This document shows positions 34,095 through 45,074 of a stretch of 64,000 nt of DNA, piece by piece. The stretch covers positions 434,001 through 498,000 of the forward strand of contig NC_081334.1 in the NCBI RefSeq assembly GCF_022539665.2, given 5' to 3'. Below the pieces are notes generated by a model. The model was not told the DNA's origin. It was given only the letters and a program-made list of their open reading frames with translations, and did not search any database. Origin of the DNA: Daphnia carinata. Its lineage: Eukaryota. Position numbers and translations under genes: made by a program. How positions within the stretch are numbered: position 1 is the stretch's first letter; each line of letters opens with the position of its first letter.

Positions 34095-35560
34095 TATGTA
34101 TGTGCTATAATCTTTTTATTTAAGGAAGGCAAGCCAGCATATGTCATCCAATTTCAGGGGAAAAGCAGGACTCTGATAAAATGAAAACTCAACTTAAACG
34201 GAAGTTAGATAAGTTGGAGAAGAAGAAACTAAACAAACAAAGGAAAAATAACAGATGCCAAGGTAAACTTTGATTTCGACAAAAAAAAATAGACCTTCAA
34301 CTAATTTTACTTTTCTGTATTATAACATAAAAGAATACTAAGCGCAATAGGTTAAAAAAAAAATGTGGAATTCATTGCGAGCTTGATAAACCAATTAGGA
34401 AAGAGAATAAAATCAACATCACAAACGAGAAAAAAGTTGGTTGAACGCATCGAAGAACAAGAAAAGAGAAAGGAACAACAACAGAAAAGGGATAAATCAA
34501 CATTAAGAAAACGAAAAATGAAAGGAAAGCATAAACTGAATAAACTAGCGAAAAAAACAAACTTATCGTATGAATTGCCGATATTGACATGGATGAGCTG
34601 CTTCGTGTGCCATTATTTACAAGCCGTTCCATGATAGTTTTGTATAACAATACACTGGCATGCCTTCCATGATCCGAGCGGAACTCATTATTTTCGTTCT
34701 TGCCACGTAGGTCTCTATTTATGGTTTTGCGGCAAATATTTTTTTTATTAAAAAATGTGCTTGTCTTAAATTATATATATATAATTTTTTTTATTATTTA
34801 TCAGTGTATTAAGGAGTACTTAGGGGAAAGCATGCCCCTCGTCTCCGGGAATTCGCATGGAATAAGGATATCAGCCAGAGGGGAGGGCGATACTAGGACT
34901 GAAAACGCCACTAACGAAAGGTCAAGGGCAAAAAATCAAACACTGTGTCAAAATAAATATAACTTTTATACATGAGCTGTGTAAAGCAATAGATAATGCG
35001 TGTAATCACGCCAAAAAAATACAAATATGATTTTAAATAAAAAAGTTATGATGGACTGATTACACGAGCAATTGATAACGTGGTTTGGAGTGCAGAAAAC
35101 TACATAAGCCATCCGGTTCTTCCTTTACAATAGTGGGCATTTGGGCTATTTTCTAAGGAGAATTAAGACCAATACTAAGGAGAAATAGGACCAATACTAA
35201 GGAGAAATAGGACCCTTATGATGGAGAAATAGGACCCTTCAAAATATGTTTGAAGATTGGGGTCCTATTTCTCCAGGTTCTATTTTGGGGTCCTAAATCT
35301 CCGGGTCCTATTTCTCCAGGTCCTATTTCTCCGGCAATCGTTGGTACACTCCTGTTGGACCAGGGTGGTACCACTGTTCAATGTTGTCGTCTGCTACTCT
35401 CTCTTTTTTTAACTTCAGTCACAAAACGTGTGTGCTCTTTCAGTGAACTAGTTCCGAGCAAGTTTATTACAAAGAAGAAAGCCAAATCGACAATATCGTC
35501 TCAGCTTTGTATTCATTTCAACAGGTTATGGGCCCAGATAAAGTTCACTAAAAAGTAATC

Positions 35561-38500
35561 ATGTCTTTTCTATCATCTAAGGATTTTGTCTCAATACCAC
35601 GCTTCGACGGAAGCAATTTCAGTGTGTGGCATTTCCGTCTCAACATCCTTCTCGAACATCATAAGCTTCTTGACGTTGTAAAAGGTGCATCCAAATGTCC
35701 AACATCACCTCCTGCAACTGTTGCAGAAATTTCAACTTGGAAAGAGCAGGATGTAGCAGCACGCCACATCCTTGTGTCAACCGTTGATGAAAGTGTTCAG
35801 CACACCCTTATCAACTGCACAACTGCCGCTGACATGTGGACAAGAATCACCACACAACATCAGAAGTCTTCAGCCGAAAGCATTTTTTTCTTGCAACAAG
35901 AATTTTTCCAGTACGAATATGTTGAGGGACATAACATTATGTCCCATGTTTCTGCCATCGAACATATAGCTATACAGCTCAAGGACGCGGGAGTGACTAT
36001 GGATGACACTGCCATCATGGCTAAGATCATGCTGACACTTCCAGCCTCATACGATCATTTTCATTCAGCCTGGCACAATGATCCTGCAGGGGAGAAAACT
36101 CTGGCCTCACTTACGAGCCGCTTGATCCAGGAAGAAACACTCAAAAAAGGTCGTGGAGCCTGTGTCGATACAAACAATTCGGCCCTCCTAGCACGAAACT
36201 CACGTCAGTCTGGCGGAACAAACACGTCATCGACGACCAGCCAAAAGGGAAAATGGGCCAATCATGTTTGTGAGCACTGTAAGAACAAAGGCCACTCAAT
36301 TGCAGTTTGCAGAACCAAGAAAATGGATGATGCCATCGCCGCAGGCATAGCAACTGCTCTACAAAAACTGAAAGTAGGACCAGGGGCCACTGGCCTTATC
36401 GCTACACAACCACCAGAAGAAAACAATTTGATTCAAGATCTTGAACCTGAGTTTGCCTTTTTTTCAAGCTCGACCAAGAACAGTTCATCAAACTGGTATG
36501 TCGACTCCGGAGCGACGATCCATATGACAGGTCAGACAATATTTTTCACAAACTATAAGACAATCGACCCAAGTCAGTGGCATGTACGAGGAATCGACAA
36601 TCATCAAGAGCACTTACAAGGAGTGGGCATGGGAGACATCAAGATTCAACTGGATGGAAACAACCGTTTCGCGTTACTGCGAGACGTGCTTTACGTGCCT
36701 AATCTAAAAGTGAACCTTTTTTCAGTTGGAGCTGCTGCAGACAACGGTTTTGAAACCCGTTTCAGTGCAACACGTGCTTGCATTTACCAAAAAGAGAAAC
36801 TGATTGCAACTGGAACACGATTGAATCAAAAACTATACCACCTCGATGCAGTCGCGTTACTACCGAAGACCAATATCCAATCGACGTTCGCTCTGGTCTC
36901 CGTCACGAAAAAGCCGTTTGAGATCTGGCATCGTAGATTTGTCCACGTCAACTCGGACACAATAAAAAGAATGATGACTGAGGAGCTGGTGCGCAGTCTA
37001 AGCGTTGAATCCCTCTCTTTCAAGAAACCATGCACTGGATGTGAACTGGGTAAGAACCATAGAATTCCCTTTCCAAAGTGTGGTCGTGAACGAGCGTCAA
37101 AAATTGGTGGAATTGTACATTCAGATATATGTGGTCCTATGGATCGTCCGTCCCCAGGAGGCTGCCTCTACTACGTCCTTTTCAAAGACGATTTCAGCGG
37201 TTTCTGCGTCGTAAACTTCATGAAAAAGAAATCGGAAGTTCCAGCGCACTTCAAAAATTACCTACACAAACTGACAGGAGATACTGGCCAAGATGTCAGG
37301 TATTAAGAAGTGATAACGGAGGAGAATACTTCAGTGACGAGTTCCAACTCTATCTAACAAAAAAAAATATTCTTCACCAGACAAGTGTGGCCCGTACTCC
37401 CCAGCAGAATGTAGTGGCAGAGAGAGCAAACCGAACCATCATGGAAGCCGCCAGAAGTATCATCCAAGAACAGTCAGTCTCTAAGGAACTCTGGGCGGAG
37501 GCCGTTAACTGCTGTGTGTACGTGCTGAACCGAACAGCTGGATCAACCATCAACTCGACACCCTATGAAATATGGTACGGTAAAAGACCCCGTGTTGATC
37601 ACTTGAGAGTGTTTGGATCAACTGCATTTGTCCATGTCCCAAAAGAAGAACGAAAAAAGCTTGACCCTAAAGCAGATCGTTGTATTTTTGTTGGTTATAG
37701 CGAAACGCAGAAAGCCTGGAGATTTTGGAACCAGAGTACTCGACAAATAAAAGTCAGCCGTGACGCGACGATTTACGAAAAAGAGGGTACTTCTGACACC
37801 GCTGATGAAATCGTCATCACTGCCCCGTCAAAACCTATTTTGACTGAAATGAACGAAACTGATGAAGTCCAAGAAGAACCTACGGATGCAAGTGATCAAC
37901 AAGAAGTGACGACTGCGCCGATGCCTGTTAATGTTGGGATCCAACGTCCACAGCGTGGATGGAACAATCGTGAGAAGCGGCTGGGTCTTCAAAATGAAAT
38001 TCAATCCCCTTGAATCCATTCCCACTTTCAAAGCACGACTCGTCGCAAAAGGTTACTCGCAGGTGCCCGGACGTGACTACTTTGAAACTTTTTCCCCGGT
38101 TGCCAAGCACAACTCAATCCCCGCTGTTTTGGGAATAGTCGCTGCGCTAGACCTGGATGTCAAACACATAGATGCGACGAACGCGTTTCTTAATGGAACA
38201 TTAGAAGAGGAGATATATATGCAGCAACCAGAGGGTTTCATAAATCCTGGAGAAGAGAATCTCGTGTGTCGACTTCACAAAAGCCTCTATGGCCTAAAGC
38301 AGGCATCAAGGACCTGGAATGATGTTGTCACTTCCTGCATGCTGGATTACGGTTTCACGCAAAGCACGTGCGATCCATGCGTTTTTGTGCTGGAGAAGAA
38401 AGAGTCGTACACAGTAGCCGCTTTCTGGGTTGACGATGGTTTGTTAGCAAGCAACAAGCCAAGTCAACTCGACGATGTCATTCAGCACGTCAAAACCCGT

Positions 38501-39391
38501 TTTGAAGTCACCTCAAGAAAGCTGGAGTATTTTGTGGGACTGAAAATTACTCGCAACCGCTCGAAACATCAACTCACAGTTGCGCAACCACTTTACTTTT
38601 AACAGATGTTGAAAAGATTCAACATGGCAGAGTGTGATCCAAAGTGTGTTCCAGCGGATCCAAATACCATCTTAAGTAAGTCGATGTCGCCAACTTCCCA
38701 ACGAGAAAAGTTCGAGATGGAAAAGGTACCGTATCGAGAGGCAGTGGGGGCTCTGCTGTATGCTGCAATAACAACACGCCCAGATATCGCTTACGCAGTT
38801 GGACAAGTCTCGCAATTTCTCGAGAAACCTGGTCGAGCACACTGGAAAGCAGTCAAGTGGATTATGGCTTACATCAAAGGGACCGTCGATTATGGTATTG
38901 TTTTCGAAGGAGACAACGCGGAGCTTTTGGCCTACAGTGACGCCGACTTTGCCAGGTGTACCGACACCCGCCGTTCCATCACTGGATGCTTCCTCCAACT
39001 TAATGGACCACTGGGGTGGTGCAGTCGTCGCCAAGGAAATGTGACATCGTCCACTGCAGAAGCCGAGTACACTGCTGCATTTGAAGCCCCAAGAGAAGCT
39101 GTTTGGATGAAGGGCTTCCTCAACGATGTCGGGGTAGTGCCGCAAGAAAAGCCTACTATTCTTTTCTGCGACAACCAGTCGGCAATAAAACTCTCTCTTA
39201 ATCCTGAATCACATAGAAGAAATAAGCATTTTGATGTAAAGCTCCATTACCTCAGAGAGAAACAACGCCGTCAAGTTATCGCCACTACATACATCAGCAC
39301 CGACAAACAATTGGCAGATTTCTTCACCAAACCACTCCCCGGTCCAAGATTTAGGATGCTACGTGAAGCAATCGGAGTGAAGAAGATTTGA
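35561..39391 (+). pseudogene. Copia D gag-pol, disrupted
   Basis: IPRFDGSNFSVW, CEHCKNKGHSIAVC, WYVDSGATIHM, HSDICGP, LRSDNGGEY, FKARLVAKGYSQ, WVDD, YSDADFA, RNKHFDVK. There is a frameshift near 37300, an internal deletion near 37960 and a stop at 38600-38602. Confidence 0.95.
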
Positions 39392-39664
39392 ATTCTTTTT
39401 GTTGTGAAATATCGATTGAGGGGGAGTGTTGAAGTATTAAATACTTGCTTGTCTTCAATCTCATTTTTTGTGTGTTTATGGTTGGTACACTCCTGTTGGA
39501 CCAGGGTGGTACCACTGTTCAATGTTGTCGTCTGCTACTCTCTTTTTTTTTAACTTCAGTCACAAAACGTGTGTGCTCTTTCAGTGAACTAGTTCCGAGC
39601 AAGTTTATTACAAAGAAGAAAGCCAAATCAACAATATCGTCTCAGCTTTGTATTCATTTCAACA

Positions 39665-40361
39665 GACGCCATGTCCATCCGCACCTAATCAGCTGTCCCC
39701 AGCAGAAAACTTCATTGGCCGACCTTTAAGATCGACATTATCGAGCCTGAACACCTTTGAAAATAACACAACGGGAGAAAAAGATGTGAACATGGAAGAA
39801 CAATTCAGAAAAAAACATGGCGCGCGTGAGAAAAGTTTTGAAGTAGACCAGCTAGTTTACGCCCGTGATTATCGTCCGCGAAGACCGAGATGGATAGCGG
39901 GAAAAATCATTGAAAAACGGGGACGCACGATCTACGTGGTAGAAGTGATCGAGGGTTTATGGGTTCGTCACGCAAACCAGCTTCGTCATAGGGCACAGTC
40001 AGATGATGCAGGGAACGATACGGCAGAGGCAGACCTGTGGCAGATGTTCGAGCTACCAGAAGATTCTAACATCAAAGGGAGATCAACACCGCAAAGTCAC
40101 GAAACTCAACCGGTCATGTCTACCGAAGAGGAGCAGGTGACAACTCCCGCACAAGAGGACGAAAACCTTGCAGTACCACCGGAGCGGGAGAAAAGTAACG
40201 ACCCTACACCCATCATCACGGAAGAGACCAGGGAGGAACAGCAATTGATTCCAGGAAATCAACCAGCAGCCTCTCCCAGTTCAACGCGCCTTCGCTCCAG
40301 TAGAATTCCCAGACCAACATCAAGATTAATAATCGACCCTCAAAAGAAAACATACGTTTAA
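39665..40361 (+). pseudogene. Element A integrase, C-terminal part
   Basis: SPAENFIGRPLRS..FEVDQLVYARDY..WIAGKIIEKRG..RHANQLR; it continues the frame broken at 27724. Confidence 0.9.
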
Positions 40362-40376
40362 AACTCAGAAGGGAGG

Positions 40377-40641
40377 TGTTGGGGCGTTGGAATCCCTAGA
40401 ACTAATGTTAGTCACTGGGGAATAGAATTACAGTTTATTGCATGTGGCAATAAGACTTAATGGGAAAATCGAGGCGACGACTCTTGGGGGACGTAACTAA
40501 TACGTTGCCTCCGATATCTATAAAAAACCCCAAAGTCCAAGCCCGGAGTCAGTTAGTAACTTAGATCTTCTCGAAGTGTTTGTAAGTCTAATTATTCATT
40601 TCTGTCAGTGAAATAAAAGTCCTTTAACCACGGTCACAACA
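40377..40641 (+). repeat. 3' LTR of element A
   Basis: Direct repeat of 6874-7138. Confidence 0.97.
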
Positions 40642-42084
40642 AAAAGTTGAATTGCGTCTAAGAAATTTGTATTTGAATTATTCCAACACAAATGGTGGAG
40701 CACGTTCCATCCAAATTTGTTCTTTGCGTTCAAGTCAATGCTCTGTTGGATTAAGATTTTAATTGTGTCGAGAAATTGTGAGCTTGAGTTATATCGACAC
40801 AAATAATGAAGAGCATTCCATCCATCTGTGTCTTTTGAGTTCACGTCAATTTTCAATAGGATTAAAATTTCAACAGCGTCCTTTAAATTTGAGCTTGAAT
40901 GAGAACGATATAAACAATGAAGCGCTCTCCATCCATCGTCGTGGTTCACGTTGATTCCAAACACAGTAAAATCTTTCATTTTTAAGATATGAGCGTCCGA
41001 AAAGTCACGAGCGCGTAAAAGTTGTCGCAATTCTTCTTCCTTGGCATCGAGCTAATTTAACGATTTGATTATTGTTTTTGCGATGCTCGATTTACAAAGA
41101 AAAGCACTGTACCTTTACTTTGATGAAACTAAGCTGCTTGACGACTTCTTTTGATGTAATCCTTTTGTTAGGGTCGTCCTCCAACATTTTTAAAAGTACA
41201 CAAGCCTCATAAAGTTTTCGTAGTCCATCATTAATTTTTACAATAGAACTCTTCTGCAATAAATTTATATTTATATATTATGGTAGTAAAGTGGGAGTTA
41301 CTCTGCATGTTTATCGGATTTCCGTTTCTTATGTTTTTGCCAACATTATGTTCACTAGAACCGTAGAGTTGGTTTCCATTCAGAAGAATATAACAGAAGA
41401 CAAGGCATAGGACAAACACGTCGCTCTGAACGGTACCTCGAAGCTCACCTGCCCTTTGTTTGTTTTTGAAGCATTTCAGGGTCTCGGGAGCGAGCCAATT
41501 TTTTGTTCCTTTGATTCCGCTCAGCGTGCACGTCCCTCGTTTATTTACTGTTTTAGACAACCCAAAATCAGCCCATTTGATTGTTACCTCATGGGCTCGG
41601 CCAGTTGAACGAACGGAAATGAGAACATTCTCTGGTTTAATATCTCGATGAATTAATTCCTTCGAATGGATGTATTCAAGACCTGAAGCTAATTGACGAA
41701 ACACTTCGATATGACATGGCATTGGTCCATTGTACTTTTTGGGATCATCCGACTTCAGAAAAAGTTGTTCCGACGAGGCATCACACAATTCTAATGCAAT
41801 GGTTCTGCTCGCATAAAAAAGGGCATTTAGCGATATCGTCTTTTTACGCTAAACTGCATAAAATAATCTTAACTGAACTCGTTGTCACTTTCACTATGAA
41901 AAAGTTTGATAATGTTTGGGTGATCCAGTTTTCGCAAAGATTCTTCTTCGTTTTCATTGAATTTGTTTAGGAGAATTCTTTTTACTGCGACTTGACGGCC
42001 TTCAAACTCCCCCCTAAACACGGAGCCGTAAGCGCCTTCTCCCAATGCAGCATTACGTTTCAAAGTAATTTTCTTTTCCTCCAT
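40642..42084 (-). pseudogene. Ser/Thr kinase (IRE1-like kinase domain) plus ankyrin-repeat gene, 5' part, disrupted by element A
   Basis: LGEGAYGSVFRG, VAVKRI, LDHPNIIKLF, HRDIKPENVLI, WADFGLSK, GTKNWLAPE, then ankyrin repeats DGWNALHYLCRYN. Short introns; ATG at 42084. Confidence 0.88.
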
Positions 42085-42719
42085 ATTTTTGAAACACAAG
42101 AAAAGAAAATTGTGAATGTTGAAGTTTCCTATAGTACTGGTGCGATTTCCTTCTTTCAGCCTAAGTTATGAAAGGGCCAACGCGTTTATTAGTTGATATC
42201 GCATAATCTTGAACGATCAGAGATACCACTATCATTTGTAAATCTACTTGCTACGTTTATCAGTAAGGTTTATTTAAGTGACCAACACATTGAAATACTA
42301 CTGTTCTTAAAAGTTAATTCTTCAGTTTTTCGACAGTGGCAATAAATGATTCAGCTGCTGACATTTATAAATCAAATAAACAAGAGACGATGTTTAAAAA
42401 TTTTAAATAAGTATTTTAATTGATGATGTTCATCAGCACTTTCGTGGAACATTGTTACGTTAGCTCGTATAAATAGGACAGGTGTGAATTTGTCTTATGC
42501 CAGGATGGTAGGAAAAAATATGAAATATAGGATGTACGTATAAACTAAGGAAAAATCAAAAACATAATTTGACGTAGGGCTACCAAATTTCCCAATGGTT
42601 CGGATGCCACCCCTTCCTCCAATTCTTCGCTAAATCATTTCGTTCAAATTTATCAAAACTACTGTAAGTAAAATTTTTTTCACTTAGTTCAACCTTTGAC
42701 CTCTAGATTTCGCTCAAAA

Positions 42720-42860
42720 ATGATCGAAATCGAACAAATTTGATCGCCGAACAAATTTGATCGCCGAACAAATTTGATCGCCGATCAAATCATTTTGAAA
42801 AGATCGAATCGCCGATCGAGATCAATTCGTGATGATCGGATCGGCGATCAAGATCAACAA
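42720..42860. repeat. 17-bp tandem repeat (GAACAAATTTGATCGCC, about 3 copies) in a GATCG-rich patch
   Basis: Directly visible at 42731-42790, with degenerate flanking copies. Confidence 0.8.
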
Positions 42861-45074
42861 ATCAATCCAACGGCAAGACTGGGCAAGGTAAAGACATAGA
42901 TTTCGCTGCCGTCGCTGGAATAGTCTGGAGACGCATGGCCGCCCTGGAACACTCTGTTCCGTAATCCTGAGGACGAATGGAATGAAGACTAAAATTCATG
43001 CCAAAACAATCAGTTTTCATCAAACTCAGAAAGCTATTTGAAGAAAGATGCAAACACCATAGCCCACTGTTGGACAGAAAATGTATTTTATGACCACACA
43101 GGGATAAAAGAGGGTGTAATATTTTAAGAGCAATACAATTAACAATAACCCTATTGTTTGTTTGGTTTATTTGTTTTGTTTGTTTGTTTTTTTTTTTTTT
43201 TTTAATTGACAGAAATGTATAATTCAATTCGCGTCTGATTTGTGTGGATGGGTATCGGTATAAGTAAATTAAATTTTTCTTTTTTATTTCGTTTGCAAGA
43301 AGCTTATAGAAGGTCTACAAAAGAGTCGAGGGCAGAAGGGAAGGACTGAGGGCAGGTAGACACGACTGTGATAAATTAAAACGTGTTAGAAGCTCTATGA
43401 TAATCGAAAAGCCGTTATTTTGAATAGTCAATATAAAAAGCCACGTTTCTCAGCACGAACACAGGAAAAGGGACGTTTCACACACAATATTAGCTGCTAT
43501 TATCTTTCTCGTTCCTTTCGCATTTTTACACTCTTCCTCGAAGAAAGAAGAGTTGGATATTTTTCACTTTTCGATTGAGAAAAGGTCTGAGGTTCCTTTT
43601 ATCTCTCGGTCTAAGTAGGGGGTTTATGGATCTCTGACGTTCTATCCCTCTTTTTATAAATGTATGTCGCTTGTAGACAACTGAATAACAGAGGAGCTGG
43701 ATGGCAGGGTATATCAGAGAAAGCTGAATAGGAGTAAATGCCAAAATTTGAAAAATGTTGAAAAGAAACGTGATGAAGCTTCACTGTTGACAAACGAGTT
43801 CTAGGGGTATTAGGGAGAAGTATCAAACACAGCAACAAAAAGGTCGGTCTTCAATTCGTTTCCTTCTGCTTCAAACTGAAACTCCCACATACATGTGGAA
43901 GAAACGTGAGAGGGTCAAGAGGTGGTAGTGATATAATAACTGCGTAATTTTCAAGACTATATATGACACAAGCACGATTAAGAGAATAGCCGTTGAATGA
44001 TTGAACTGAGGAAATTAAACATTTCTTCATTTTTTTCCCGCTGAAGGTCGACTATTTTCTGTTTATTCAGTTGTCTTCGTGATGATTTTCCGTTCTATCC
44101 GCAGTATTAAGCTCACTAAGCGATGTCTTCGTTTTACATTCCACCTTGAGCGCTGTCAGACCAATCGGGCTGAGAGGGTAAAGATGGCTCGCTACAATGC
44201 AAAAGTTTGCGATTAGAAGTCGTTTGAATCAGGCTATATACAAACACTTGAGCTCACCTTTCACTTATGGCTGAACAGGTAGGGTCATACTGCTGACAGG
44301 CGGCGGATGCTGCTTGATCTTCAGCTTCTATTTAACAGAGAAATACAGATCGAACGTTTTAATTTCAGTAACTGAAAAACAGGTCATGAAAACGGAAGAA
44401 TGCCGTCCACAAAGAAAACTACCATTAGAATAGCTAATGCGTTGAACATGTAAGAGTCGGCATTGAAGCAGGTGAAATCGACTGTGGCGGGTTGCAAAAA
44501 TTTAAGCGCAAAATCAAAACTGATCGAATAATTGCTAATTCCAAGTGAAACAATGAAAGAATTTCATCATTTGAAACAAATTTTAAAAGCAATAAAACGG
44601 TCCATAAACGGATTGAATCATTTATACACCGTTTATCAGGTACATGAGCTGATGACAAAAAGAGTAGCTTAAGTGCCTAATCTTGGTGCTCAACAGACGC
44701 CAGATAACACACGGCAATATTTCTCTAAGATGACGTCTTCAACTGATATAGACGAACGGGCAGAATGAGAGACAGGAAAAGGTTGGAAACAGCATGCAGT
44801 CACAAGCCTTGACACAAACCAAAAATAAATCTACGTGGCGGATCGACGTGCTTGCAACAACCCACTATGGTACTTTGAATTAACTATTAAACGTGCTAAA
44901 CGAATCGGTTGCCATTCCATTACAATCTCATCGGTGACGTGTTTGATGTGTCGTGCTCGTTCCAAATAAGGGCAGTGCAAAAAACAAATATATATATACA
45001 TATAAATATTTAAAGAAACTTTATCAAGAGCCGGTGCACATCAAATGAAGAAAGATTGTAATGACCAGCCGTTA

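Larger units (their letters stand above)
27786..35339. mobile_element. Element E: non-autonomous long-TIR DNA transposon (MULE/foldback-like) carrying host gene fragments
   Basis: The 8-bp TSD is GTTGGTAC (27778-27785 / 35340-35347). Termini read GGTAGCCGGAGAAATAGGACC and GATTGCCGGAGAAATAGGACC (reverse complement), with arrays of GGAGAAATAGGACC. Diverged inverted homology extends about 600 bp inward. No transposase ORF was seen. Confidence 0.88.
27725..39664 (+). mobile_element. Element D: Ty1/copia LTR retrotransposon inserted in A's integrase
   Basis: The 5' LTR is split (27725-27785 + 35348-35523) and the 3' LTR is 39427-39664. The TSD is GACGC (27720-27724 / 39665-39669), and removing D restores A's YRKTPCPSAP. 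PBS GGTTATGGGCCCAG is at 35524; PPT is GAGGGGGAG. Confidence 0.96.
6874..40641 (+). mobile_element. Element A: Ty3/gypsy (Mag-like) LTR retrotransposon, outermost member of the nested stack
   Basis: LTRs are 265 bp, TG..CA, at 6874-7138 and 40377-40641, with 2 differences seen. The TSD is AAAAG (6869-6873 / 40642-40646). The primer-binding site (PBS) TGGCGACGAGG at 7141 matches the tRNA-Ser(GCT) 3' end, and the polypurine tract (PPT) AGAAGGGAGG is at 40367-40376. Domain order is PR-RT-RH-IN. Confidence 0.96.

Noticed and set aside
34365..34634. Lys-rich 89-aa ORF inside element E as a possible transposase
   Set aside because: It is A-rich low-complexity sequence with no DDE or zinc-finger motif. 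It may be another captured fragment but cannot be identified.
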